From: Raillietiella orientalis
Lineage: Eukaryota
Assembly: GCA_036172245.1 (NCBI GenBank)
Contig: JAYWIR010000011.1
Span: 248,001-312,000 of the forward strand
Direction of reading: 5' to 3'
DNA length: 64,000 nucleotides
Position numbers and translations under genes: made by a program. The stretch's first letter is position 1. Each line of letters opens with the position of its first letter. The notes beneath the pieces were generated by a model. The model ran no database searches, had not been told where the DNA came from, and worked only from the letters and a program-made list of their open reading frames with translations. This document shows, piece by piece, positions 1-21,100 of the stretch.

Positions 1-138
1 TGTTTCATGAATCATTGTTTCGCAGAATCTGTATTTGAATTGTGCACAAAATGAAATAGATACATTTGAATAAAATGATCTGTAAAGAATGACTGTAAGA
101 GTTCAGATTATCTGCAGTTGAAAATGGTTCTTTTTTAG

Positions 139-6186
<6,048 letters not shown>

Positions 6187-7553
6187 AAATGTTGGGGCGG
6201 AGGATGCTCCACGCTCCCTCTGTGGTGCGCGAGGTCTCGGTTGCGGAAACTTGCCGGTGGCTTCTTCCATCACTTGAACCATTCGCTCGAACCTCGCCTT
6301 CCTGCCCTCCTCCCCCCTCCCCCTTCCTTTTTTCTCGCCTGGAATCCCGGCCAACAAATGATAATAGAATGCTTTATTGGTGGATCGTGGCTCTCGTTGT
6401 GGGATTCCTTCGACTGGTGGGTTTAGCGACGTTTTCGAAACTGGCGCATGTGGACCACTGGTCTTCCAACCCATCCTAGCCAGCCACTTGAGGACCTCAG
6501 GGAAGCGGAGGGACAAGGAGCAGTCCTCGTTCTTTTCCTGCAGAGGCGAGGGATGGTGTCTTCTCGCCTTCCCTTCCCTCTGCGTCTCTTCTTAAGCACT
6601 TGGGACACAAGGATGCCCGAAAGACGATTGTGACCTCACCCCTCCCGGGGGTGTGAGTTACAGTCGCTTGCCCCGCCTCCTCAGGGGGGGAGGGGAGGGA
6701 GTGCGGCTCTGACCGCTCTTCAGAAATTCCCTCAGGGCACGATGCAGGAGGGGAAAGATGGCGAGGGAGCCAGAGGCAAGGCTGCTAGGAAGTCGTCCAG
6801 AAGGAGGGGCGTCCCTCATATTTCCCCCCTGATTCCCCTTCCCTAGATGCAAACCGTGCTCGTCATCCGGGTTCCTCTTCCGTAGGCAGCAGGAGTGCCC
6901 AGTCTGTCGCGGAGTGCCGGCTGCGCCATGCGCTGTCTCAGATGCGGGCGGGGTGAGGTGCAGCAACTGTCCCGCTGGCCGGGCGCGCTCAGACCGAAGG
7001 AAGATTCCGTGGAGGGTAGGGGGGGCCATGCCCAGGTGCTGAAGAGAGCTGGAGCGACTTGCAGTGCCTTTCTCGATTGCCTCTCACCCCCCCCCCCCCT
7101 CCCCATTTTCCCTCAGCCACAAGTTCACCGGCGAAGCGGCCGAAAGGCACTTTTGCCTGCGTAACGACGAAGAAAGCGACATCCTTTCTCCCAAGTGAAC
7201 CTTTCAGTCAGCAGTCACTGCCTTCCCCTGGGCAGTCCTCGCCGACCACACACTACGGCCACTGCTCAGAACTTCCTGGCCAGAGGGGGTACAGGAATGG
7301 GATGGAGGAGTAATCGCGGGCCGTGCGCCCCCCAGAAGAAAAGCTTTCAAAAAGCGAACACCTGCCCTCTGCTGCGGTCCTGCGGCGCGCGGGAAAGCGC
7401 GCCCGTTTCGGTGCGGAGCTCCTGGAAGAAGGGAATGGAAGAACTTTCGGGTGGCACCTCGTTCCTTCCTCCTCCCCGTTTTCATACGAGGCCATGGAAA
7501 CGTGGACGAGCTACTTGTGCTCGTTCCCCTCTGTCTGTGTATGTCGAGGCCGG

Positions 7554-7676
7554 AGGGACGGAGGCGGAGTGCTATCCGTCTCCAGGCAACGCGAAGAAAG
7601 CAAACAAAAGAACACAGGGATCGGCGAGCTCAGCCTCTCGGCCACCGTCCCTCACGTGCGTGTGGCCATTTCCAGG
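7554..7676 (+). repeat. Diverged direct repeat, copy 1 (about 123 bp)
   Basis: Hand alignment to 8707..8830 gives about 20 substitutions (mostly transitions) and one indel, roughly 83% identity. Both copies end in tttccagg. Confidence 0.85.
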
Positions 7677-7701
7677 CACGCAGGAGCGGCGACGGCCGAA
7701 G

Positions 7702-8319
7702 ATGCCGCGGGGCTGCTCGTACATCTCTCGCCGCAGCCGCCAGCGCAGCCCCTCGACGGTAAGCAACAGCGGCAACATCGATCCGGTTGGCAGCGGCAGC
7801 AGCAGCAGCGGCGTTGGCAGCTTCGGCGTCACGGTGAGCGCGGAGATGGAGTCCTTGCTGCCCCCAGAGAACCTCGAGGAGTGCCCCCGGGACGCCGAGA
7901 AAGGCGACCGGCGGGAGGAGGCGGACTGCTGCACCACGAGAAGGAAGACACGGCACCTCAAGTACGACAGCTGTGGTCGGGTCGTGAAGCGCCTGCGGAC
8001 GTCCGTGAATGTCGTGCGCTTTCAAAGCGGGCAGCGTCCGCGATCCCGTGCGCGTCCCTGCTTGGAGGATGAGGATGGGATCGTCTCGGCCTCGGGAAGC
8101 CAGGCTGCGCCCACCTCCCTGCGGTGGTGGTCGTCGTGGTGGCGGAAACCGGTCTGGGACGCCGCCACCGAAGGCACCCAGTGCGAGGCGAGATGTTGGA
8201 AACCCTCCCGGAAGGCGTCCGGGAAGGCAGCGGTGGCACGCAGCCTGCTTCTGGTGCTGTCCGTGGCCCTCGCCGGCTCCGCCCTCCGCGTCCACCTCCT
8301 GGGATACCCACTGCTGTAG
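7702..8319 (+). CDS. Hypothetical protein (205 aa) with a single C-terminal hydrophobic helix; putative tail-anchored membrane protein
   Basis: ATG at 7702 follows a tttccag acceptor-like site at 7675 and lies inside the open frame 7195..8319. Codons are mostly G/C-ending. The protein ends ...SRKASGKAAVARSLLLVLSVALAGSALRVHLLGYPLL*. No family recognised. Confidence 0.5.
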   Translation: MPRGCSYISRRSRQRSPSTVSNSGNIDPVGSGSSSSGVGSFGVTVSAEMESLLPPENLEECPRDAEKGDRREEADCCTTRRKTRHLKYDSCGRVVKRLRTSVNVVRFQSGQRPRSRARPCLEDEDGIVSASGSQAAPTSLRWWSSWWRKPVWDAATEGTQCEARCWKPSRKASGKAAVARSLLLVLSVALAGSALRVHLLGYPLL

Positions 8320-8706
8320 GGGCTGCCGAATACACGTGGACGTGTCATCCCCCCCCCCCAGCTGTTGTTTTGGCGTGTGATGCCGGAGGGTCCCTTCCTG
8401 CTGCTCACTATGCCTCCTGCTCCGCTTCCGTTCCTAGCCCGGGATGGAGTCCCGGGTCGGAGGGAGGTAGAGGGAAACTGCACGCCCGGGAAACCCGCCA
8501 GCACCCGGAGGACCGCCGCCGTCCTCCGTCCCGGGAGTTCCCTCGGAGGCGTGCGCGCCCCCCAGGTGTCGCCGCTGGTCACCCTTTCCCTCGGACGCCG
8601 CAGGGCTACGTCCGGGACAGAGTCATTGGCATGAGCCGTTCCCTCCTCCCCTTCTTTCCCGCGCTGCCGCGGGTGCCTGGGAGCGCGCGCCCCCTCAGCA
8701 GGCACC

Positions 8707-8830
8707 AGGGACGAAGGCGGAGTGTTGTCTGTTTCCAGGCAACGCAAAGAAAACAAGCAAAAGAACACACGAATCGGTGAACGCAGCCTCTCGGCCATCA
8801 CCCCCCGCGTGCTCTGTGGCCGTTTCCAGG
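8707..8830 (+). repeat. Diverged direct repeat, copy 2 (about 124 bp)
   Basis: Paralogous to 7554..7676; shared blocks include tccaggcaacgc.aagaaa.caa.caaaagaacac and cagcctctcggcca. Confidence 0.85.
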
Positions 8831-11800
8831 TACTCATTTGCACGCCTGGGAAGGGCTCCACTGGGATCGTACCCGCCTCTGCTCCCCCTGCTGCGAGGTC
8901 GCCGCCGTGGGACGCCTCCTCTCCGCCGGTGCGTCTGCCGGTCGAGTGCCCGGCGTCCAGCACCCTCGGCAAGCTTGACTCTCGCTCTTGCGGCGGAGGA
9001 TCTCCCGCCCCCCCCCCTCCTTCCTCTTTCTTGCCCCCTCAGAGGCCACCGCGCGAGTGCAGCCGACCTACCAGCGTGCTCTGCGCCCTTTCCGAGGATC
9101 TGCGGACTTCCTCCGGTGGAGGTCCCGCCGCGCGGGGGCCATCGGAGAGCCGCAAACTGCTGAGAACCGAGGGGGGGCAGGCCTCTGACAGTCCACAGGG
9201 GATGTCGTCATTCACTGGCTTCGAGAGCGGGTGGTCCTCCCGAAGCGGACAGTGTAGACCGGCGCGGCTAGGGAGGAGGAGAAGACGAACTGTCCCCCAC
9301 GGAGCAGAGGGCGATATCCCCTCGCTGGGAGTGGCAGCGCGCTTGCCAGGATAGGTCGGTGGGTGGACTCGGGGAAGCGTCTAGAGGGAACGTGGCGTTA
9401 TCGGAGCAGGATTCCCGCTGGGGGGGCCGCCCCGCTGGAAGAACCCCTGAGGGAGGGGAGCGCCCGTCACTCCGTCCCCTCCTCAGACCCGGCTGGAGCG
9501 CTCGAGGGCCTGTCGGGTCCCGAGCACTTTTCGTTCAGGGGGCCGGGGCCCGAGAGGTCCCCGAGCGCTCCAGCCGGGTCTGAGGAGGGGACGGAGTAAA
9601 GGCGGTCTCCCCCCTCCTCCTTTTCCTCTCCCGCTTGAACCGAGACTACGACCTTCCTCTCGCCACGGGATCGCGCAGGATCACAACCCGGAAAGCAGCA
9701 GATTTCGTTTTTTGTTTTGCTTTGCTATTGTTGTTGCAGCTGCTGTTTATGTTTTTGCTCCTTCTCCAGGCTGAACTTCTCCAGCTGCCCGCGATCGATC
9801 CCAGAATGTGCCCCTCGGACACGCGCGCTCGCCAGCGGGACGCCCGACGTGATGCTCCCGGACTTTTCTTCAGAAGAAAATCATAAACTTAGGCAGGACC
9901 AGACGTGAGCTGCCACTGGCACCCTACGACTACTCCTCTCGAAGGTCAGCAGTGCCCCCATTTCCGAGGTCGGCCCGTCAACCGCCCGACTGCCGCCGTC
10001 TGTGACCTTCGCTTTCCAGAGGCCGCTGCTGCCCCTCCCGAAGTTGCAGGACAGGTGAGGAAGACACTCCTGCGGGAAGCGGAGGTGGGAGGAGAAATCC
10101 CGCTCCTTCGTGGGCCCTCTTAGAGCGATGACCAGCAGGAGAAGACTGCGGCGGGAAGGGGGCCAACGCTACTCCTGCTGACCCTGCTCGCACTTCCGTC
10201 TCCGGGGAGGCACCATCGGGTCTGGAACGGCGCCGATCTGAGATGCCTCTGGGGGATTGGAGCCAGGAAATTTCTGGCAGGCGACTGGGGGGAGATGAAA
10301 CGTCTAACCTTCCTTCCTCTCCCTTTGGGCCCCTCCTTTCCCCTCACTCGTTTGGTCCGAGTAAACCTTCTGCCCTCCTGGAAAAGGAGCGGTGGATGAG
10401 GGGTCATTTCGAGGTTGTTCCCCAAAGCGCCTCTGGCGTCGCAGGAGGAGCACAAGAAGGGTCCATTCTCCACACTCCTCGGGGCAGGAACGAGGAGGAG
10501 CGCAGAGAGCATCCTGGGGTGGCGAGGCACACCGGGAGCCACATAATTCTTCCAGGAGCGAGCGACTGCCGCTCTGGACCGGAAGGAGGGGGCGGAAGCG
10601 CACGTGGAGGAAGGCGACTGATCCTAGGAGTCCCGGTGTCCAAGGGAGTCCCTTCCTTCCGGCGTAGGGAAGTTCCAGGTGAAGCCCTGAGGAGGGTGGG
10701 ATAGGGTGGGGTGAGGGGAGTCCCCGATGCTGACGCTCCCGCTGACGTCACGGCAGCCTGCGAGGCTCTCATCGCGCTCCTGGAGACGCTGCCGGTGCAG
10801 ACGGTGCTCCTGCTGCCGCCGAGAGCCCCGATCCTGATCGCGTCGCTGGTGCTGGGGTGGCTGCCGAGGATGCCAGTGCTGCTGCACAGGATCTCTTCCA
10901 GCAGACGGAGCGGGTGCCGACGCTTCCACGGGCTGCTGATCCTCCCGAAGCTCCGGGAGGGGACGCCCGGTCGTGGGCCGCTCCGCTTGCTGGAAGGAGT
11001 CGCCGCTCCCGGTCACGTCACTCCAGAGCACGTGGCGCCGCCGGAACGAACGCCCTCAGGAGCGCATGGGGGCAGTTGTTTTCCTTCACGCACTGAACCT
11101 CTCCTCGATGGAGTCCCTCGAATTCTCCCACCCACCCCCTGCCGACGTAGGATGCGGCAGAGACTTTTCTTCGCCAAGCGCTCTGCCGGTCCGGGCAGCA
11201 AGGGAAGGGCACGTCCGAGGCGAGGAGAGGGCGGGGCGGTCACCAGTTGAGGTCCCTGCGTTGCGCGCGGGCAGCGTGGAAAGGTCTGCCCTGCGATGGC
11301 GCCAGTGGTATCCAGGAGCGAGGAAAGGGGGAACAAGTGGTCTTCGAGGCGGAGACGGCGTTCTTCGGAGGGGGTCTTGCGGGAGAAGCGCGCCCTGTTG
11401 GCCGCGCCTGACGAACTCTGGGAGAACGGGGTTGCTCGCGCGCGCTGTCGCCGTCGCCTCCACGGCGACAAGCTGTGAACGCGCGACGGTCGGGTGGCAT
11501 TCCCGTTGGCACGGAAACGCCCGTCTTGTCGAGATCATTCGTTTCCGGAGACGCGGCTCGCGACGGAGCCCGCTGAAGAGGAGGTTCCAGAGATTCGCTG
11601 CCGCATTCTCATCTTTCGCTGATGAAAGCAGAGCGCCGGAGTCACCGGACGTCCGGATTTTTCGTCGTCCGGCAGGAGGTTCATCCGAACCTCCCTAAGA
11701 GTTTCGAGGCGGGGTCGAAAGTGACAGCCAAAACGTGGCGAATCGCGGAATGCGATTTGCCAACGAAATACCCGTGGCAGAGCTTACTTTGACTTTGCGT

Positions 11801-13113
11801 GGGTGGCAGGTGGGTCATACAGAGGTGAGTGCCTGGTGAGAAAAGCACGGCTCAGGGAAGATCGGATCGCATTCGACTCCCTTCTTAAGCGTCCACGATT
11901 CTTGCAATGAAGTCGCAATCTTTTCCTCCTCCTCCTCCGAAGAGTCCAGTCCGACTTCGCCACCTGTGGAAAAAAAAAAAAAAAACTGGAGGTAGGAGGG
12001 AGCTCTTGGAGATTCGTCTGAGCAGTTCGATCTGATGCTGAGGCCGGAGCTCAGCACTTGAAACGAAAACGAATGGCTCCAGCATCTTCCAACACATCCT
12101 TCAAGCGTCCGCGTCCCCTCTCCCGCCCGCCCAGCGCATGCGGGATTTCGTCCTCCTTGCGGAGTGCTGGTACACGATGCAGAGCGTGGAGTGTAGAGTG
12201 TAGCGTTCATCTTCCAGGTCGTTAACAACGGCCTTGCTCGAGCAGATGTCCTCTTGAAGGCACTCGGAATCAAGTTCTGGTGGCGGAACGGAAGCTGCGT
12301 GAAATAAGATAGCAGAACAGGCTTCTAGTAATCAAAGAAATAGGATCGAGGGAACGGGAGGACAGGGCAGTCGAAATGCCACGAAACGGAAGGGACCAAA
12401 TTAATCAGGGCAGAAACGACAACGGCAAACACAGCCAATACGATACGCCAAGGCTACTGCACAGATCCTTGGAAAAAGTAAAAATTACGGTTTCATAACA
12501 TCAATCTTCACACATGCTTTAAGAAGATTAACAAGCAGTAAAAAAAAAAAAAACACCCCAAACGTGAATTCCTGCCCCTCCGAAAATTTGAATTATCAGT
12601 TTCTACAGGATTTGCATTTTAGCTGCAAACGCCCTATTTGTTCTCGCGCTCGGGCCGCGGAATTCCCGGGTCGGTGCCGCGACGGTGCCCCAGTCACTGC
12701 GCAGGATCAACGAAGGGTAGCGTCTCGGATTTTGTTTATCGCGAAACGAGTGGGTCCCGTTCTCCTTTTCAGCTCGAGATGCCCCCAAGGGGGAAAGACC
12801 CCCCTTTTTTTTTTTTTCCGGTAATTTCATTCAGCGTGTGCGTGCGCAACCCTGCCTCTCGCCCCCCCCCCTCCCCGCACCGGACGAGTGCGCCAATCGC
12901 GGCGCGCGGTGGGCGGTTTCTCTCTCGGGGGAAGAGCGCTGACCGCTGTGCGGCAGTCGCGGTGCCGTCGCTACGCGTGGGTTTGGTTGCTGTGGGGTGG
13001 GGCGGCGATTCCCCGTACGATCGAACCCTTTCACGTGTGTGATGTGCTGTCTGGAGAGTGTGATGTCCACAGGTGCAACGCCGAGCATCCCGCTCCCTGA
13101 GACCGTTTGAAAA

Positions 13114-15468
<2,355 letters not shown>

Positions 15469-15656
15469 TTACTGCAAAACTGTCTAAAAATTATTTGCGA
15501 AATACGTCTTAGTCTCAACTGGTGTCGTGGAGTGTACAGATAATTTCAACAGATAGTTATATTGGAATATGTACTGAATAAGCCGCATGCCAATCAAGTT
15601 CCTCTAATCATGCAAGTAGATGCAGAATCATATAGATGCTGTTTATTGACTGCTGG

Positions 15657-15662
15657 AATAAA
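15657..15662 (+). terminator. Candidate polyadenylation signal of AP2M1
   Basis: AATAAA about 190 nt after the stop codon, followed by a T/GT-rich tract. A second AATAAA lies at 15761. Confidence 0.6.
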
Positions 15663-17972
15663 TTCATTAGTAATCTTTTGGTTTTTTTTTGTTTCGTTTG
15701 TTGCATCGCTTTGATTTTCTTCATTGTCATTAGCTATTGGACTTGCTAAAATCGTTACTTAATAAATTTGCTGCATAGTACTTTGTGCTTCGTATTTTGT
15801 ATGTCAGTAAATCCGACGTCAGTACGCCTCCATTCCTCAAATGATTAAACGTAATACTTTAGTGCAAGTTGGTTCATGACGATCTCCAGCAAACGGTTTC
15901 CAACCAAATGACAAGAGCAGTGCTTCCGTGTTGCCCAGTGTGCCCATCACGACCGTGTCGATTCCTCCCTGGAAGAAGCTCGCTTTTTCTGACGTTGTGC
16001 CTTGTTCCCCAGCTGCACAGTTTTCACCGGCAGCTGCAAGGACTTGCGATCATGAACTCGCGTGACAACCAGTTGTTTCAAAAGATCGTGGGGCCTCCAG
16101 TCGGCAGTTCTTGCTTCCTTCCTTGGTTACACGGAAAACTTCGCCCCGTGCCGCAGCAGAGGAAAGTTCGCACGCAGCACTCGCCGGGCGAGGCGTGGCG
16201 ATCCGATCGAGGAGCGTTCTGGCCAAGGAGAGGGCAAGGGGGGCCGCTCGGAATTGCACTGGGCCTCCGGTCACGCGCCCACTAGAGTTTTCAACTAGCA
16301 ATAGTCACGCCTCAGCGGACTGCCCAGGCTACGATATTGCCCGTCTCCCACGAGAGGGGACTTCCCGCTCTTTGCAGACCACAGATTCGTGAACGCCTCG
16401 AGCCCTGATTTCCTGTCTGTACGGACGCCGCCTAGGAGACCGGTCCGAAGTCGGCCCTGTCGCCGGCGCTCGGTCCCGCAGGACGAAACTCCGTGGCACA
16501 CCTGGAATGCATCGCCGGTGGCGCTTCCAGTTCCGCACCAGGTCGACTACGTCAAGAAGGCGGCGCGAGATGCTAGTCCGCAACCAAGGAGCACTCGGCG
16601 CGGACATTCGTGGTTGCAACCTGACCTCGTCCTGAGAAGGGAAACCGCTCCATCATACTGAATGGGTGTTGCCCATTTGAAAGCGCAACGGCAGCGCTTA
16701 AGGAGGTGCGAGAATGAAAAACGGAAAAATGCAGGAGCCACCCGCTAACCCTTCCACTTTTCTAACCCAAGAGTCATCACTGCCTAACTCGCGGGAATCT
16801 GGAGATCCCGAGAAAGACGATGTTCTCCAAACGCCTGAAAATTTTCCAGAAGGTTCGTGAAGTTTTTCAGCAAGGTGGTGGTGTCCTTGACGATCCCGCA
16901 CAGCCCGGATGGGCGCACCTCCTCCTCTCCCTGCAGAAGGTAGCAACGTTATGTTGCCTGCCCGTTTTCCGTCAACCCCGCTCCTCTGGCCGACCAGGTG
17001 GTGTGTGCAACGAAATCCTAGAGGACTTACCCTCTCTGGTCGGTGCTTTCGACCTGCCGTAGGACTTGTCTCCTTCCCACCATCTGATTTTCTAGAGCTT
17101 CGTTCTGCACACGTCCCTCCGCAAGCTTGAGAGCTGACGATTGCCTCTCCTTGTTCCTTCTGATTAGCTCCCTCATCTGGCAAACCGAGGTTCTTATTTG
17201 TCCTTAGATTCCCTTAGGGAGTAGCCGAGGTTTCCTTCTTCTACCCAGCCCATTTGTTTTTGTTATTGCTTTCTTCATGAGCGTTGCTTCCACGAGCCGA
17301 TAGCATAAGGCTTACAAGAAGGAGATGCGTTTGTTGGGATTCGTGGAGAGCTGAGCTCCGCGGCGCAGATGCAGGCTCGCAGGAAGCCCTGGTGCCGAAG
17401 AACGGCGAGGCTCTCAAAGACTGCGGGATCCCTCACTCACAAACAGGGACCTCGCTGAATGGACAGCAGCGTGAGCCAACTTGATGAACAGCCGGCATAT
17501 GCGTTGGACTCACCATCTGGACCATCAGCCATGAAGAACGGTGCCCACCGTGACCACGCTTCAGCATCAGAGAGGGTGGTGAGATGGTGGCCGTGACGAA
17601 GGATTCCCTAAAATATGTATTCCATGTACCAGGATCTTGAATACGGAGGAGCCACACACCACCTGCCTCCATAAGCAGGCAAAAAAAAGTTGGAAGGCGG
17701 TGAAGAGTGTATTTGGAATGGAATGGATCCCGACGAACCGGAGAGCGGATACCCAGAAGAGGACAAGACGACAGAGGTGCCATCTATTGGCCGAAAGTTT
17801 CTGAGGAAAAGACAAACGCCAACTTGCCAGCATCCTCCAGAGGATGAACGGGACTTCGCAGGACACACCGTGGTCTCTTCCGGACACCTCCCTCCTCCTC
17901 AAACTCCTCAAACTTTTAATACGTTTTTTGTTTATAATTATATAATTACAAGGTCATTCTGGATTCTGTCAT

Positions 17973-17978
17973 TTTATT
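17973..17978 (-). terminator. Candidate polyadenylation signal of the DDHD-family gene
   Basis: Minus-strand AATAAA (tttatt on +) about 170 nt downstream of the stop at 18150, in a local AT-rich patch. Confidence 0.45.
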
Positions 17979-18149
17979 ATTTGCTTTTTTTTTTGTGTTT
18001 GTAAGAATCTCATCCCCGGGACGACTGAGAACATCTCGCCAGATGGGGACACAGAAACAGTGTGATGGTCCACACGTCGTTGTGGTGGTCCTTTGCCTTT
18101 CCAGAATCTCGTGGCTTGGGAAACCCTGGGGCAACCGGTCCCTACATTC

Positions 18150-21100
18150 TCAGAGTTTATGATTCCTCGGGATGAAACCGCTCGTTGGCGGCGGGCTTAT
18201 CGTGCACGCATTTGGAGTAGGAACTGCTGGCGGAGCATTCGCTGGTCTCGCTTGAAGCTCCGACGCAGATGCCGCTTCCGAATTCGGATGGGTCCGCAGC
18301 GAGTCGACTGCACATATGGAACCACCGGGGGGTTGGCTGGACTCATCAGAGACGCCAGCACACGATTCTGGGTGACTTATGCTCGCGGCTGCGACAGAGC
18401 TGTCGCTATCTACCAAACTCACTGACGGGTGACCGGCGTACAGCTCCTTGAGCATCAGCAAAATGGTATCGTCCGACTCCCTACGCGTAAAAAAAAAAAA
18501 AAAACAAAAAAAAATTAAAAATGAAAAACAAAAAAAAATTAAAAAAAAAACAAGAACTGACCAATAGCACAAATGGCTGGTCAGGGCAAACAGATACTCG
18601 TTGAAACTCTCGATCGGTCTTTCCTGCAGAACGTAGTCAATTCTCCTGCCTTTGTTCAGACTTCCGAGGGACTGCGTCACATTTTCCTGCTCGCACGGGT
18701 CGGAGAATCGGTTCTCGGAACGACTGAGTTTGAGCATTTCCTCTTCAAACACCTATCTTGAAAGATATGCATCCCGAAAAGATTGCGAGGATCTCAACCA
18801 TATTCGCTTCATTCTGAAGACACTGCGGCACCTCCGCTGGAGCATCCGAAATGTTATCCCGGCTGAATAAACGCAGGCGATTGAACGAATTCCACGTGGT
18901 TTTCACGGATTCCAGGAAACGGGATTTGATGTCTGTTCCCATTCTCTGCATCATTTCCTTGAATTCTGGAAGATCGGAAATGCGTCAGATCCGAGATGCG
19001 CGATTAACGAATTCGTTCTTCTCTTGACGGCGACGATAATCCGAAGAACTGACCTAAATGGATTCGCTTTCTCCCCTTGTGATGTGGAATTAAACATGGA
19101 GGGGTGCTGACCAAAGCGGGATTTACTAACGTCTCGATCCGGTACGCTACGGGATCATATGGATGGAAAATGTTGAAGATGGCGGGGCAAGTAGGTAGCC
19201 GGAATTCCTCTCCAAGACTACTCAATCCTCTCATCAATACAAAGAGACCTACAAACGGAGCAAACATCTATTTCAGATATCGAAAAGAAAGAAAGAAAAA
19301 CAGAAAGGAAAATCATCGAGTCGTCATCATCAACAAACACACAGACAGTAATGTGGCAGGCTCAGAGCATCACCCAAAGGGGGGAGAGGGGGGGGGGAGA
19401 GAGAGAGAAACGATACCGCCAGGAACGCCAACTTTGGGGGAACACGATTTAGAAGGACGCGAGCAATCCAATGCAAGAAGTTTTCCACGTTTTCACGTTT
19501 CAAGAATTTGATTGTTCGATGGTGTCGGGTAGTGTTCTTAAGGAACCAAACACTTTTATTTCGCCTCCTGACATCTCCTGATTCGCAAAGGCGTCAAGAA
19601 AAGTGGATTCACCCCATCTTTCGACAAACTGGGTCGCGTCTCCACGTCTCCACTGGGTCGCGCTTGGAAACTTGCTCGTCATTTTGAAAAAGCCCCGGGT
19701 CAATGGTGACGCAAACATCCGCTTCCGTGGAGATCTTCATCCCCGGGATCCTGAACAAGGAACGACCTTTCTGCGCCCGCGAAACAACATTGTCCTCTTT
19801 TGTCGTTTCCTTCATGCCGCACGTAAGCAGGCAGTCCGATTCCAAGGTAAGCCAAGGCAACGGAACATTCGCTGCCCCACCTGGACCAGCACCTAACTGT
19901 CCGAGAACCTTCCAGCAAGACAGACACTCCAGGCGCTCAAGAAGGGAAAAATCCCATGAAAATACTCGACCGTCGGCAGGAGAGGAATGTGTAGGGGCAC
20001 CGAACGCAATCGCGTGCGAAAAAACAAATCCACGGATTCGCGCCCGGGGTGCAGTGGTTCACGGTCACTCCACCACGCAAGGGGAAGGTGTCCGGCGTAC
20101 CCTCCGTCTTCCAGAGAATCGGTTCCCTCCAGACCGTTCGGGATGCTGGGTTCGACCGGATGCGCTTAACACTTGCATGCACGAGCTGTGTGCACAAAAA
20201 TCGGATACCACGTTGCGACACGGAAACCGGGATCGTGCTGAATCGCCATCAAGCCCCACGATCGACTGAAAAGGTAGGACGACGACTCACGATCAGTTTT
20301 AGGGAGAGAAGGAAAAAGGAGGACGACACGAGAGGTGCTGTGAGGAACACTGGCGAACCTCTTCATCGTTCCACATGACCAGCTGTTAAATTTGGAGAAT
20401 GGGAAAAGACAGTATGAGCCACAAACCGGGAAGAAACAATGCTGATGCTGGAGGATTCTCGATTGTGCGGTTTCGAGGGTTGGATGCCAGCAAAACAGGC
20501 AAAAGAATGGGATTACTTCTCGCAAGGAGCACTCGATTGTTTTCCCGTATTTTCGTTTTTCTCAGTCGATAATCTTGTTCAGGAACCCGAACCCGGTACA
20601 GGAACACGGTCGTGGGCGACTGGTAGTCTACTGGTCCTTTCGCCTGCGGCTGTGCTGCGCCACCTGGGGAAACTGGCCGGCATCGCTTGTCCCACGGGAT
20701 CGTCCTGAGAAGTCTTCTTCCGTCCCGCGAGCGGGACACTCTTTATCGCCTAGTCAGACGGTGCATGACCCAGACCCACCCGCGAAGTGCCGATTCGCAC
20801 GGGGAATCCGACCACGCTCAGCCGAGGGGCACAGTCAAAAACACGAATGTCAAGCGGTTCCCTTGGCTATGCACGCACACAGCGCCGGCATGAGCAAGCG
20901 ATGTGGTCATTTCCATGTTGCCATTGCTCTCTCAATTTCAGAAGATATTTTGCAGAGGGACCAAAGCTGAGCCAGCGCTTCAAGCGGAAAACAATTCACG
21001 CACACACACACACACCAACACGCTTTAAATAAAATGCATCTGCTTGAGAATCCAATCACATAAACCGAACAAATATCGCAACAAAACAATACATGACGGT

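Noticed and set aside
15869..18004. Short ORFs between AP2M1 and the DDHD gene
   Set aside because: No recognisable domain or consistent splice structure; they may be UTR or intergenic sequence.
19628..19662. Two 11-bp direct repeats (actgggtcgcg) as a CRISPR-like array
   Set aside because: Only two short units inside a eukaryotic intron, with no cas genes; a local tandem duplication explains them.
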